DNA of 64,000 nucleotides from Candidatus Omnitrophota bacterium. Its GTDB lineage: Bacteria > Omnitrophota > Gorgyraeia > B26-G9. This document shows, in pieces, positions 47,752-56,872 of the stretch. The notes beneath the pieces are model-generated. The model did no database searches. It was not told the DNA's origin and saw only the letters and a list, made by a program, of their open reading frames with translations. Position numbers and translations under genes: made by a program. The stretch is taken from positions 33,973 through 97,972 of the forward strand of contig JAHITY010000124.1 in assembly GCA_018817165.1 (NCBI GenBank), given 5' to 3'. The number at the start of each line of letters is the position of its first letter. Within the stretch, counting starts at the first letter, position 1.

Positions 47752-50472
47752 TTATCCTAGAAGTATTTCAATGGTGATATGCGTATTCTTGGAGAATTTA
47801 GTAATGTCTTTGCGAAGAATTCTTGCTTTATGAGCAGAAACTTTTTTATAATCAACTTGATTTGGCTTTACCTTTAAACTTTCGATTCTATAAACAGGGT
47901 GCGCTAATTTATTGGGGTTTTGAATAATAATGCTTATCCGTCTATCCGCAAAATAGCAAGAAGTAGAGACAGTATCAGTATTTTTGAATTGTTCGCTGGT
48001 AAACTTTGGTTCAATTACCAAATCACCAAAATGTCCTTTAATCCCAAAAACCTCAGTCAGTATGGTTAAAATATACCAGCTGGCAGAACCGGTTAAATAA
48101 GAATAAAGCCCTTTTCCTTCAAGATTGAAATACTCGGGAAGGCAAGGATAGATTTTACTTACATTGGTATTAGTAGCCAAATCCATTAAACTGCTTAAAA
48201 CAGCATAGCCTTCTTTTACAAAGTTGCGCTGATAAAGCGCATAAGCAAACATAACACACATATGGCTGAATATAGCGCCATTCTCTTTATCCCCATAGGA
48301 AAAGGCAAAAGCTCTTCCCAGGTCGAACTGAGGGGTTTTAAAGTTTGTGTTCAAGCGAAAAGAATTGAGCGTTTTATCCTTAAGGTATTTACTGGCTGCC
48401 GCATAAATATTTTTTATTTGTTTTTTTGAAGCCGCACCGCTCATAATCGGGAAGACCTGTCCAGTCAGAGTCATGCGCATTTGCCCGTTTATTTTGCCTT
48501 CAACCCGTTTGCCTTTATTATTGTAATATCCATTAAAAAAGCCGATTTGCTTATTTACGCTGATCCATTCTTTTTTACGTACATGAGCAAATAGCCATTG
48601 CCATTTTTGTGATAAATCGGAAATAAGATCATCAATCTTAACTGAAACTTTTTTTCCGGAAACCCGGTATTTAACTGCCTTGAAATAACTGTGTAATAAA
48701 GCGGTTTTTTTCTCAACGCTGTTATAGTTTATCGGATTTCTATGCAAAGTATCGAGCAGCATGAAAAGTTCTTTGGAAACAACAATGTTTTTCTTTTTTC
48801 TTCTTTTTTTCAGTTCAAGCAAAAGCATGGAAATTTCATAAATATTCCGGGCGTAAAAACAGGTAAAGGCAACGCTTTCACCTTTTTCACTGGCCATATC
48901 CAATCCGTCATTCCAATCAGCGTCTTCTAGCCGGATATTATTATGCTGTCCGACATTAAAAAATTGAACTAAATGCTGCACTAAAGTATGTTCCAGGATA
49001 GTGCCGCTGTAAACATGCCCATCTTTCGTATGCAGTTGTTTGCTGTGTTTAAGTTTCGGATTCCAGTCTAAATCAAGGTCCTTGGCCCGGGAAAGCTGAG
49101 AATCATAATAATAAGAGCAATGTTCAAATAGAATATCAAAATCACCGGTTTGGTGAATGTATAACTCTAAAGTAAATAAAGGCCAAACACCATGGTCCAT
49201 CCATACCCGGCTGATCTTATTTCGGTCAGATATGAATACCCCAAGCTTTTTGGTGATTATCGTGGCATTAGTTCCATCAATCCTAATGCCTGAAAAGTTT
49301 GCTACCAGAATATCGCGGGTCTGCTGCGGATGGGCGAGAATAAGGGTTAAGCAGTCCTGCCATAAATCGCGCCAGCCTTTCCCGCCGCGGCCATAATCAA
49401 AATCAGGTAAAAATGAACAGCCAAAGATTTTTCTTAAAATAGGTTGTAAGGTAACCCAACGCAACCAATTATCATTTGTGATTTCTCCTGTGCAAAAACT
49501 AATCGCGTCGATTCTTTTCTTCCAATAATCAATATTTTCCGCTAAAGCGTTTTTTACTTTTTCTTTTCCGTTAAAGCGGTTAAATACTTTATTGATTTCA
49601 TTTTTATTCTGGGCGATTCCCAGCATAAGAATATACGTGATTGATTCATCAGGAATTAATGTTTTAGGTTGAAAGCGTAAAGCTCCGATTGATTCTTTTC
49701 CATGATGCCGGTTTTCGATCTTTTTAAAGGGAGTAAGGTTTTCCATGATCGCTTTGGGAGCAATTAGATTACCGCCTTCTCCAATGAAAGATTCAATAGA
49801 AGGGAATTGTCCCACAGGCAAATTGCCTTTTTCATCGCAGCCTATAACAAAATAGGAAAAATAATTTTTTTCATGTCCACGTTCGTCAAAAGACATTTCT
49901 GGCTTAATGATAATTCCGTTTTTGGTCAAAGCCGTGCGGTGGAGCAAGCTGGTAACATGTCTGTGGTCACGTAAATTATCAGCAGAACGGCCGAATATCG
50001 GAATCGCGCTTGTGGGAGTAAAAGTAATTGCCCGCGCGGAAATATTAGTGATTTTTATGGTCATTAATTCTACATGATCACCTTTTGCTGGAATAAAATT
50101 AGTTACTTCAGCACTAAGCCCGATATTTTCATTCGAGCGTTTCATGCCATGCCAGAGAATCCCTGCTTTTACCGTAACGTTTTCTTCAGGACTTGAGGAG
50201 TAAGGGGCGCCGTTTATTGACCAGTAAGTATGGGGATTAAGATAAATCCAGAAATTTCTTCCGGAAAAAGTGCTGCTCAGATCCTCGCTGGTGATCGGCT
50301 GCATTAAAAAGTTATTTTGTCCGATTTTAATATCGCCTCTAAGCAGAGGAGTGATTGAGGACATAAACTCGGCTTCATTAGCCAAAGGAAAATACAGCCG
50401 GCTGATTTTATGCGCATCAGGGAAAGTAAAATCACCGTTACGATTTGTAAATTGCCATAATTGTTTTTTCAT
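47752..50472 (-). CDS. GH94 glycoside phosphorylase (laminaribiose-phosphorylase-like)
   Basis: RDHRHVTSLL, DYGRGGKGWRDLWQD, ADWNDGLD, KENGAIFSHM, YLTGSASW. Confidence 0.9.
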   Translation of the reverse strand: MKKQLWQFTNRNGDFTFPDAHKISRLYFPLANEAEFMSSITPLLRGDIKIGQNNFLMQPITSEDLSSTFSGRNFWIYLNPHTYWSINGAPYSSSPEENVTVKAGILWHGMKRSNENIGLSAEVTNFIPAKGDHVELMTIKITNISARAITFTPTSAIPIFGRSADNLRDHRHVTSLLHRTALTKNGIIIKPEMSFDERGHEKNYFSYFVIGCDEKGNLPVGQFPSIESFIGEGGNLIAPKAIMENLTPFKKIENRHHGKESIGALRFQPKTLIPDESITYILMLGIAQNKNEINKVFNRFNGKEKVKNALAENIDYWKKRIDAISFCTGEITNDNWLRWVTLQPILRKIFGCSFLPDFDYGRGGKGWRDLWQDCLTLILAHPQQTRDILVANFSGIRIDGTNATIITKKLGVFISDRNKISRVWMDHGVWPLFTLELYIHQTGDFDILFEHCSYYYDSQLSRAKDLDLDWNPKLKHSKQLHTKDGHVYSGTILEHTLVQHLVQFFNVGQHNNIRLEDADWNDGLDMASEKGESVAFTCFYARNIYEISMLLLELKKRRKKKNIVVSKELFMLLDTLHRNPINYNSVEKKTALLHSYFKAVKYRVSGKKVSVKIDDLISDLSQKWQWLFAHVRKKEWISVNKQIGFFNGYYNNKGKRVEGKINGQMRMTLTGQVFPIMSGAASKKQIKNIYAAASKYLKDKTLNSFRLNTNFKTPQFDLGRAFAFSYGDKENGAIFSHMCVMFAYALYQRNFVKEGYAVLSSLMDLATNTNVSKIYPCLPEYFNLEGKGLYSYLTGSASWYILTILTEVFGIKGHFGDLVIEPKFTSEQFKNTDTVSTSCYFADRRISIIIQNPNKLAHPVYRIESLKVKPNQVDYKKVSAHKARILRKDITKFSKNTHITIEILLG

Positions 50473-50716
50473 AGTACTCTATTTTTATAAATTTAAATTA
50501 AAAGAAATAGATAGAAAGGTCATTATTTATTAACAAAAAAATAGTATACTTGAAAATAGAGAAATTAGCAAGAGAAAAAGTATAGAATTTGCTTAATTTT
50601 AGCCGAAAATCAATTTTTTCCCACACAGATGATTATTTGACACTCAGAAAGATCTGTGTTAAAATTTTGTTTTATATCATCTTATAAGTTATAGTTAAAC
50701 AGAAAGGTATCTTTCA

Positions 50717-51446
50717 ATGAAAATCCTTATTACCGGCGGTTTGGGTTTTATTGGCAGTAATTTTATTCGTTATGCGCTTGCCAAATATCCTGTTATGAAA
50801 ATCGTTAATCTCGATAAGCAGACTTATGCTTCTTGTTTGGCAACTTTGAAAGATCTTGCTTCTAATCCTCGGTATGCTTATATAAAAGGCGATATTTGTG
50901 ATCCGAAAAAGGTTGCTCAGGCAATGAGTGACTGCACAGCGGTGATTAATTTTGCTGCGGAAACCCATGTTGATAGATCGATAAACGATGCTAGCGCGTT
51001 TCTAAACACTAATATAATCGGCGTGCAGGTTCTTTTGGATGCAGCGAGAAAATTAAAAATTAAGCGATTTATTCAGATTGGTACTGACGAGGTCTATGGC
51101 TCGCGTTTAAAAGGTTCGTTTAATGAGAATGATCGATTATTGCCGGGTCATTGATTATGTTTTAAACAAGGGGAAGATAGGCGAAATTTATAATATTGCT
51201 GCCGGAAATGAAATTAATAATATTCAGCTGACTAATTATATCTTAAAAGGATTAAATAAGAAAAAAGATTGTATCAAGCATGTTCCTGACAGATTAGGGC
51301 ATGACCGAAGATATAATTTGGATATTCAAAAAATTAAAAAATTAGGATTTAAGCCGGTATTTAGTTTTGATCAGGCTTTATCCGGGACAATCGAATGGTA
51401 TAAAAATAATCAACAATGGTGGGAAAAATTAAAAAAAAGATCTTAA
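50717..51446 (+). pseudogene. rfbB: dTDP-glucose 4,6-dehydratase with internal deletion and frameshift
   Basis: N-half (TGGLGFIG, AAETHVDRS, TDEVYG) runs out of frame into C-half (CRVID, DRLGHDRRY); YxxxK segment absent. Confidence 0.85.
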
Positions 51447-52339
51447 TTACAGGGATTCAGGGGATGCTTGGGCAGGACTTAAGCCAAGTATTTGATTTGG
51501 ATTATGAAGTCTATGGGATAGATATTAATCCTGCCGGCGACGGTAAAAGCAGGTTTTTCTCGTCTGATATAACTGATAGAAAAGCGCTTGAGCTTCTGTT
51601 TTCGCAGATAAAACCGGCGATGGTAATTCATGGCGCGGCTTTTACTAATGTTGATCTTGCAGAGACAGAGCCAGAGCAGGCCAGAGCCGTTAATGTTCTG
51701 GGAACAGAAAATATTGCTTTTTTATCGAATAAGTATAATGCTAAATTAATTTTTATCAGCACGGATTATGTCTTTGACGGAAATAAAACAACTCCTTATC
51801 TAGAAACAGATATACCCAATCCAATCAGTTATTATGGCCGTTCCAAATTAGAAGCAGAACAGTGTATTAGTAAGTATTTGACGGAGTATATCATTGTAAG
51901 AACTAGCTGGCTGTTTGGGATTAATGGTAAAAATTTTGTCAAAGCGATTATCAATAAAGCGCGAAATGATGGCGCGCTTAAGGTAGTCAATGATCAGATC
52001 GGTTCACCGACCTATACTTTAAATTTAGCTCAAGGATTGTTCTGGCTGATTAAAGCAGTTTTTGAAACAGAGCCGGAAATGTCTAAATATGGAATTTACC
52101 ATTTGACTAATTCCGGACAATGTAGTTGGTTTGAATTTGCGCAGGCCATTTTGGAAATTACTCAAATAAAAGCGAGTCTTGATCCAGTTGATTCTAATTT
52201 TATAGCGCGTGCGGCTAAAAGACCGAAATTCTCTGTTTTAGATAAAAGCCGGTTTGAGAAAATTACGGGTAAGAAGCTGTGTGTTTGGAAGCAAGGATTA
52301 GAGCAATATTTATTACAGGAAAAAAATCAAGCTGTTTAG
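51416..52339 (+). CDS. rfbD: dTDP-4-dehydrorhamnose reductase
   Basis: GIQGMLG, AAFTNVD, STDYVFDG, YGRSK, DQIGSPT. Confidence 0.95.
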   Translation: MVGKIKKKILITGIQGMLGQDLSQVFDLDYEVYGIDINPAGDGKSRFFSSDITDRKALELLFSQIKPAMVIHGAAFTNVDLAETEPEQARAVNVLGTENIAFLSNKYNAKLIFISTDYVFDGNKTTPYLETDIPNPISYYGRSKLEAEQCISKYLTEYIIVRTSWLFGINGKNFVKAIINKARNDGALKVVNDQIGSPTYTLNLAQGLFWLIKAVFETEPEMSKYGIYHLTNSGQCSWFEFAQAILEITQIKASLDPVDSNFIARAAKRPKFSVLDKSRFEKITGKKLCVWKQGLEQYLLQEKNQAV

Positions 52340-52361
52340 CCTGAAGAATAGTGATTGTTTT

Positions 52362-52802
52362 ATGTATAGAAATGAACAGGAGCTTTCTGCTGGAGCTATT
52401 GTGTTTGATTTTATCAATCAGCTGCCAGTGATTGTGATTTACTGTCGGAAGAACGCTACGCAGTGGTGTTTGCCCAAGGGGAAACTTGAATCAGGGGAAA
52501 CTCCGGAACAGGCCGCTATCCGGGAAGTTCAGGAAGAAACCGGGGTTAGGGGCGAAATAATCGAGCATATTGAAAATATTCATTATAAATATATAGATGA
52601 AAAACGCCAATTAGCGCTGGATAAAACAGTTTTTTTCTTTTTAATGAAAAAAATCGCGGTAGTTTCTCAGCAGTATGATCCGGAAGTTGATGCTGTGGAA
52701 TGGATCGCAATTGATAAAGCTTTTGAAAAATTGAGTTTTGAGTCAGAGCGTAGGGTTGTAGAAAAAGCGATTTTATTGCTCAGACAAAAAGGATATAAGT
52801 AA
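52362..52802 (+). CDS. NUDIX hydrolase
   Basis: LPKGKLESGETPEQAAIREVQEETG Nudix box. Confidence 0.93.
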   Translation: MYRNEQELSAGAIVFDFINQLPVIVIYCRKNATQWCLPKGKLESGETPEQAAIREVQEETGVRGEIIEHIENIHYKYIDEKRQLALDKTVFFFLMKKIAVVSQQYDPEVDAVEWIAIDKAFEKLSFESERRVVEKAILLLRQKGYK

Positions 52803-52805
52803 TTT

Positions 52806-54536
52806 ATGAAATTTAAACAATTGGCAGCTTATTTTCAAAAACTGGAAAATACCTCTAAACGTCTGGAAATGACGGAAATTTTAGCGGAATTATTTACAAA
52901 TCTGGACCAGTCAGGAAAAGAGAAAATTGAGCAAATTATCTATCTGATACAAGGGCAGCTATTGCCCTCTTTTATAAATGTAGAATTTGGGATCAGTGAA
53001 AAGCTTATTCATCGCGCTATAGTCTTGGCAACTGGCAGTATATCCAATGATATTGAGGAAATGTTTCATAAAATTGGTGATTATGGATTAGTTGCTGAAA
53101 CAGTTTGTTCAGATCATTTGGAAATTTTAAGCATTAGTCAGGTTTATGCTAATTTAGAAAAGCTCGCTAACTTCTCCGGAGACGGATCAGTTGCTAAGAA
53201 AATCGAGTTTCTCGCTGATTTATTAAAAAATGCCAGTCCGCTTGAGGCGAAATACATTATTCGGATAATTTTAGGTAAACTGAGATTGGGCGTGGGTGAT
53301 CCTACGATTTTAGACAGTCTTTCTCTGGCCTATAATCAGGATAAGCTTTTACGTTTGGATTTGGAGCGGGCTTATAATCTTTGTTCTGATCTGGGCTTGG
53401 TGGCGAAAATATTATTTACTAAAGGGATTAGCAGTATTGTTGATTTTAAAGTTATGGTTGGCTGTCCGATTCGGGTGGCTTTGGCCGCAAGATTATCTGG
53501 GCCAGAAGAGATTATTGAGAAAATCGGAGCTTGTGCCGTTGAGGAAAAATATGACGGCTTTCGCTGTCAAGTGCATAAAATGGGCAATAAAGTGCAAATT
53601 TTTTCGCGTAATTTGGAAAATACAACGCATATGTTTCCGGAAATTATTCAAGGCACGCTTGATCAAATAAAAGAAAGCAATGTGATTTTTGAAGGGGAAG
53701 CTTTGGCTTATGACCCAGCTACCGGACAATGTCTGCCTTTTCAAACAACAGTACAAAGAAAGCGCAAACATGGGATTGAATCCATGCAGAAAAAATTTCC
53801 TTTGAAAATTTTTGTTTTTGATCTTTTGTACGCAGGGAAAGACTTAACTCAATACGCTTTTAGTAAAAGACGTCAAATTATGTCAGAGTTAATTAAAAAA
53901 GGCAAAGTTTTAGAGATATCTCCAGTTGAAGAAGTTCAAACCGCGGATAGATTAACTGAAATATTTGAAGATGCTATAGCTCAGGGGCGGGAAGGAATTG
54001 TTGCCAAACGTCTTGACGGAGAATATAAGGCTGGAGGGAGAAATTTTAATTGGATAAAATTAAAACAGTCGTATTCAGATAATTTAAATGATACTATTGA
54101 TTGTGTTATTATCGGTTATTTTTTTGGCAAAGGATTAAGGGCTACGTTTGGGATAGGGTCATTATTAGCTGCTGTTTATGAGCAAAAGACAGATCGGTTT
54201 AAAACAATTGCTAAAATAGGTACGGGATTAAGTGATGCCGAATTGATTCGTTTTAAGGAAATTCTTGATAAAATTAAAATAAATTCTCTCCCGAAAAATG
54301 TTGATTCTATAATTGAGCCTGATGTTTGGGTCGATCCAGTTTATATTGTTGAAGTCCAGGCTGATGAGATAACTCAAAGTCGGGTTCATACATGTGGTAA
54401 ACAGAGTCTTGATGGTACTGGCTATGCTTTACGCTTTCCGCGTACAGTTGGTTTTATTCGAGATGATAAGGCCGCTAAGGATGCTACTACTGTAGAAGAA
54501 ATAACGAAAATGTTTAATTTGCAGGGAAGGAAATAA
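52806..54536 (+). CDS. ATP-dependent DNA ligase (archaeal/LigI-like: DBD, adenylation, OB domains)
   Basis: LRLGVG, EEKYDGFRCQVH, EGIVAK, WIKLK, LRFPR. Confidence 0.93.
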   Translation: MKFKQLAAYFQKLENTSKRLEMTEILAELFTNLDQSGKEKIEQIIYLIQGQLLPSFINVEFGISEKLIHRAIVLATGSISNDIEEMFHKIGDYGLVAETVCSDHLEILSISQVYANLEKLANFSGDGSVAKKIEFLADLLKNASPLEAKYIIRIILGKLRLGVGDPTILDSLSLAYNQDKLLRLDLERAYNLCSDLGLVAKILFTKGISSIVDFKVMVGCPIRVALAARLSGPEEIIEKIGACAVEEKYDGFRCQVHKMGNKVQIFSRNLENTTHMFPEIIQGTLDQIKESNVIFEGEALAYDPATGQCLPFQTTVQRKRKHGIESMQKKFPLKIFVFDLLYAGKDLTQYAFSKRRQIMSELIKKGKVLEISPVEEVQTADRLTEIFEDAIAQGREGIVAKRLDGEYKAGGRNFNWIKLKQSYSDNLNDTIDCVIIGYFFGKGLRATFGIGSLLAAVYEQKTDRFKTIAKIGTGLSDAELIRFKEILDKIKINSLPKNVDSIIEPDVWVDPVYIVEVQADEITQSRVHTCGKQSLDGTGYALRFPRTVGFIRDDKAAKDATTVEEITKMFNLQGRK

Positions 54537-54540
54537 TTAC

Positions 54541-55566
54541 ATGTTGAAGAGCGCTTTGTTTTGGGAACCATATATGAAAGATGCTGTGCGCTGTTTTTTA
54601 TGTATGCGTAAATGTATTATTGATAAAGGGCAGTGGGGTTGGTGTCAGACCCGTTACAACCAGGATGGGCAGCTGATTACAATCACATATGGTAAAGTTG
54701 CTCTCTCGAGTGTTTCTCCTATAGAAACAAAGAATATGTATAATTTTTTTCCTGGCAGTTTGTGGCTTTCTCTGGGGGGGCTGGGTTGTAACTTTAAATG
54801 TCATGGTTGTCAGTCTTGGGGTTTATCGCATTGTGATGTGAAAGAAGTTGTGAATAAAACTCATGATTTAAGTCCGGAACTATTAGTTAAAAAAGCGCTG
54901 CGCAATGGCTGTAAAGGGATTGCTTTTGCCCACAATGAACCAACTATGTGGTTTGAATTTGTTTTGGATGTATTTAAATTGGCGAAAGAATCGGGCTTAT
55001 CTACCTGTTTGGTTACTAATGGCTATTTGGGGTCCAAGGCTTTTGAGCAAATTGCTGAATATACGGATGGGCTTTGTATTGATCTCAAAGGTTCTTTTAT
55101 GGAAAGTTATACCCGGATTGCTGATGTAACCGATATTAGTATTATATTCAGCAATGCTAGTGATGCAAAACGTAAGTATGCTATGCATGTTGAGGTTGTT
55201 ACTAACGTTATTCCGGGATACAATTCCAGTGATAAAGAAATAAAAGAAATTGCTTCTTGGATATTCGCTGAATTGGGTAAAGATACTCCGCTGCATTTAA
55301 CCCGATTTTTTCCTTATGGCGAATTTAAGGGGGTTGTGCCCACGCCTGTTGGTTTATTGGAAAAGGCGCAAAAGCTGGCGATTAAAGAGGGGCTGAATTA
55401 TGTATATATTGGTAATATTCCTGGTCATGAGGCGGCGAATACATATTGTCAAAAATGTAAAAAAATGATAATCAGACGAAAAGAGTATGATGAGGTTGAA
55501 TTTAAGCTTAAGAATGGGCATTGTCCTTATTGTAAATCGTTGATATTTGGTAGATTTTCGATGTAA
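54541..55566 (+). CDS. amrS: AmmeMemoRadiSam-system radical SAM enzyme
   Basis: VRCFLCMRKC, GCNFKCHGCQ, NEPT, LHLTRFFP, YVYIGN, TYCQKC. Confidence 0.85.
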   Translation: MLKSALFWEPYMKDAVRCFLCMRKCIIDKGQWGWCQTRYNQDGQLITITYGKVALSSVSPIETKNMYNFFPGSLWLSLGGLGCNFKCHGCQSWGLSHCDVKEVVNKTHDLSPELLVKKALRNGCKGIAFAHNEPTMWFEFVLDVFKLAKESGLSTCLVTNGYLGSKAFEQIAEYTDGLCIDLKGSFMESYTRIADVTDISIIFSNASDAKRKYAMHVEVVTNVIPGYNSSDKEIKEIASWIFAELGKDTPLHLTRFFPYGEFKGVVPTPVGLLEKAQKLAIKEGLNYVYIGNIPGHEAANTYCQKCKKMIIRRKEYDEVEFKLKNGHCPYCKSLIFGRFSM

Positions 55567-55641
55567 TTGATATTGTTTTTAATGGAGAGCTTTCTAGCCA
55601 GCAATATCCTTATCTGAAAAATAATTAAAGGGGTTTGGGGA

Positions 55642-56400
55642 ATGCGGATACTATTGACCAATGATGATGGTATAAATTCAGACGGATTGTATGCGCTTTA
55701 TCTGAGTTTGAGTAAGAAATTTGAAGTAACGGTTTGCGCTCCGGAAGCAGAACAAAGTGCGATTGGTCATGCGATAACCTTGAGCAAGCCTTTGCGTGTA
55801 AAAGAAATAATTAAAAATAAGAAATTTTTTGGTTATGCGGTTAATGGTACGCCCGCGGATTGTGTGAAAATTGCCGTACGCTGTATTTTAAAGCAAAAGC
55901 CGCATATGATTATTTCCGGGATAAATCATGGCCCGAATCTAGGTTCAGATATTATGTATTCCGGAACTGTTTCCGCGGCAACGGAGGGAACTATTCTCGG
56001 TATTCCTTCAATCGCGATTTCTTTAGCAACATATGAAAAACATGATTTTTCTTTTGCCGCGGATTTTGCCTGTACCCTGGCTAAAAAATTTGAGAAAAAA
56101 GGAATTGAGGATGGAGTATTGCTTAATGTGAATATTCCCAGTGTGGAAAAAAGTAAAATCAAAGGAGTCCGGATCACTCGCCAAGGTAAATCCTTATATA
56201 AAGAAGAATTTGTAAAAAGACTGGATCCTCGAGGCAGGATATATTATTGGTTGACGGGAAAAGTTCAATGGATTAAAAAAACCGATGATACTGATATCCG
56301 GGCAATTGAAGAAAATTTTGTTTCGATAACTCCTTTACAATTTGATTTGACAGCCTATCGAGCAATTGAAAATTTGAAAAAAATTAAATTTGGAAAATAA
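55642..56400 (+). CDS. surE: 5'/3'-nucleotidase SurE
   Basis: ILLTNDDG, GTPADCV, SGINHGPNLG, YSGTVSAA. Confidence 0.97.
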   Translation: MRILLTNDDGINSDGLYALYLSLSKKFEVTVCAPEAEQSAIGHAITLSKPLRVKEIIKNKKFFGYAVNGTPADCVKIAVRCILKQKPHMIISGINHGPNLGSDIMYSGTVSAATEGTILGIPSIAISLATYEKHDFSFAADFACTLAKKFEKKGIEDGVLLNVNIPSVEKSKIKGVRITRQGKSLYKEEFVKRLDPRGRIYYWLTGKVQWIKKTDDTDIRAIEENFVSITPLQFDLTAYRAIENLKKIKFGK

Positions 56401-56425
56401 TAAAATCAAAGGCGGCAAATAAAAA

Positions 56426-56794
56426 ATGGAATCAAAAGAAGATCTGATAAATGTTTTAACTGTAATTTGCGAGCATGATAAAAGATATAAGTTGGATGCT
56501 TATCCGTTTATTCTGGGCGCTTTAAATTTTACAATGCAGCGTTTAAAGCGCAAAGGTCATGTTAGCGGCAAAGAATTATCTGAGGGAATCAGAGACTATG
56601 CTTTGAGTGAGTATGGCAGAATGGCTAGAACAGTGCTGGAGCATTGGGGGCTTAAAGTTACTGAGGATTTTGGGAGTATTGTGTTTAATCTGGTTGATGC
56701 TGGGGTCTTGGGTAAAACTGATGATGACCGGATTGAAGATTTTCAGAATATTTTTGATTTTAAGGTTGTGTTTGAAGATGAGTATAGCTATTAA
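56426..56794 (+). CDS. Minf_1886-family protein
   Basis: DKRYKLDAYPF, HVSGKEL, YGRMARTVLEHWG, TEDFGSIVFNLV. Confidence 0.85.
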   Translation: MESKEDLINVLTVICEHDKRYKLDAYPFILGALNFTMQRLKRKGHVSGKELSEGIRDYALSEYGRMARTVLEHWGLKVTEDFGSIVFNLVDAGVLGKTDDDRIEDFQNIFDFKVVFEDEYSY

Positions 56795-56837
56795 AAATTA
56801 AAATTTTATAATCAGTAAGAAATACTTTTATAAAGAG

Positions 56838-56866
56838 TTGTTATTTGTTGATTTATGTGGTATAAT
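56838..56866 (+). promoter_or_regulatory. Sigma70 promoter TTGTTA-17-TATAAT with TG extension; predicted +1 near 56873
   Basis: Sits immediately 5' of the structured RNA. Confidence 0.75.
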
Positions 56867-56872
56867 TTATAA

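Noticed and set aside
51123-51154. Programmed frameshift or split-gene expression of rfbB
   Set aside because: No slippery site, and the catalytic YxxxK segment is physically missing, so recoding could not restore activity.
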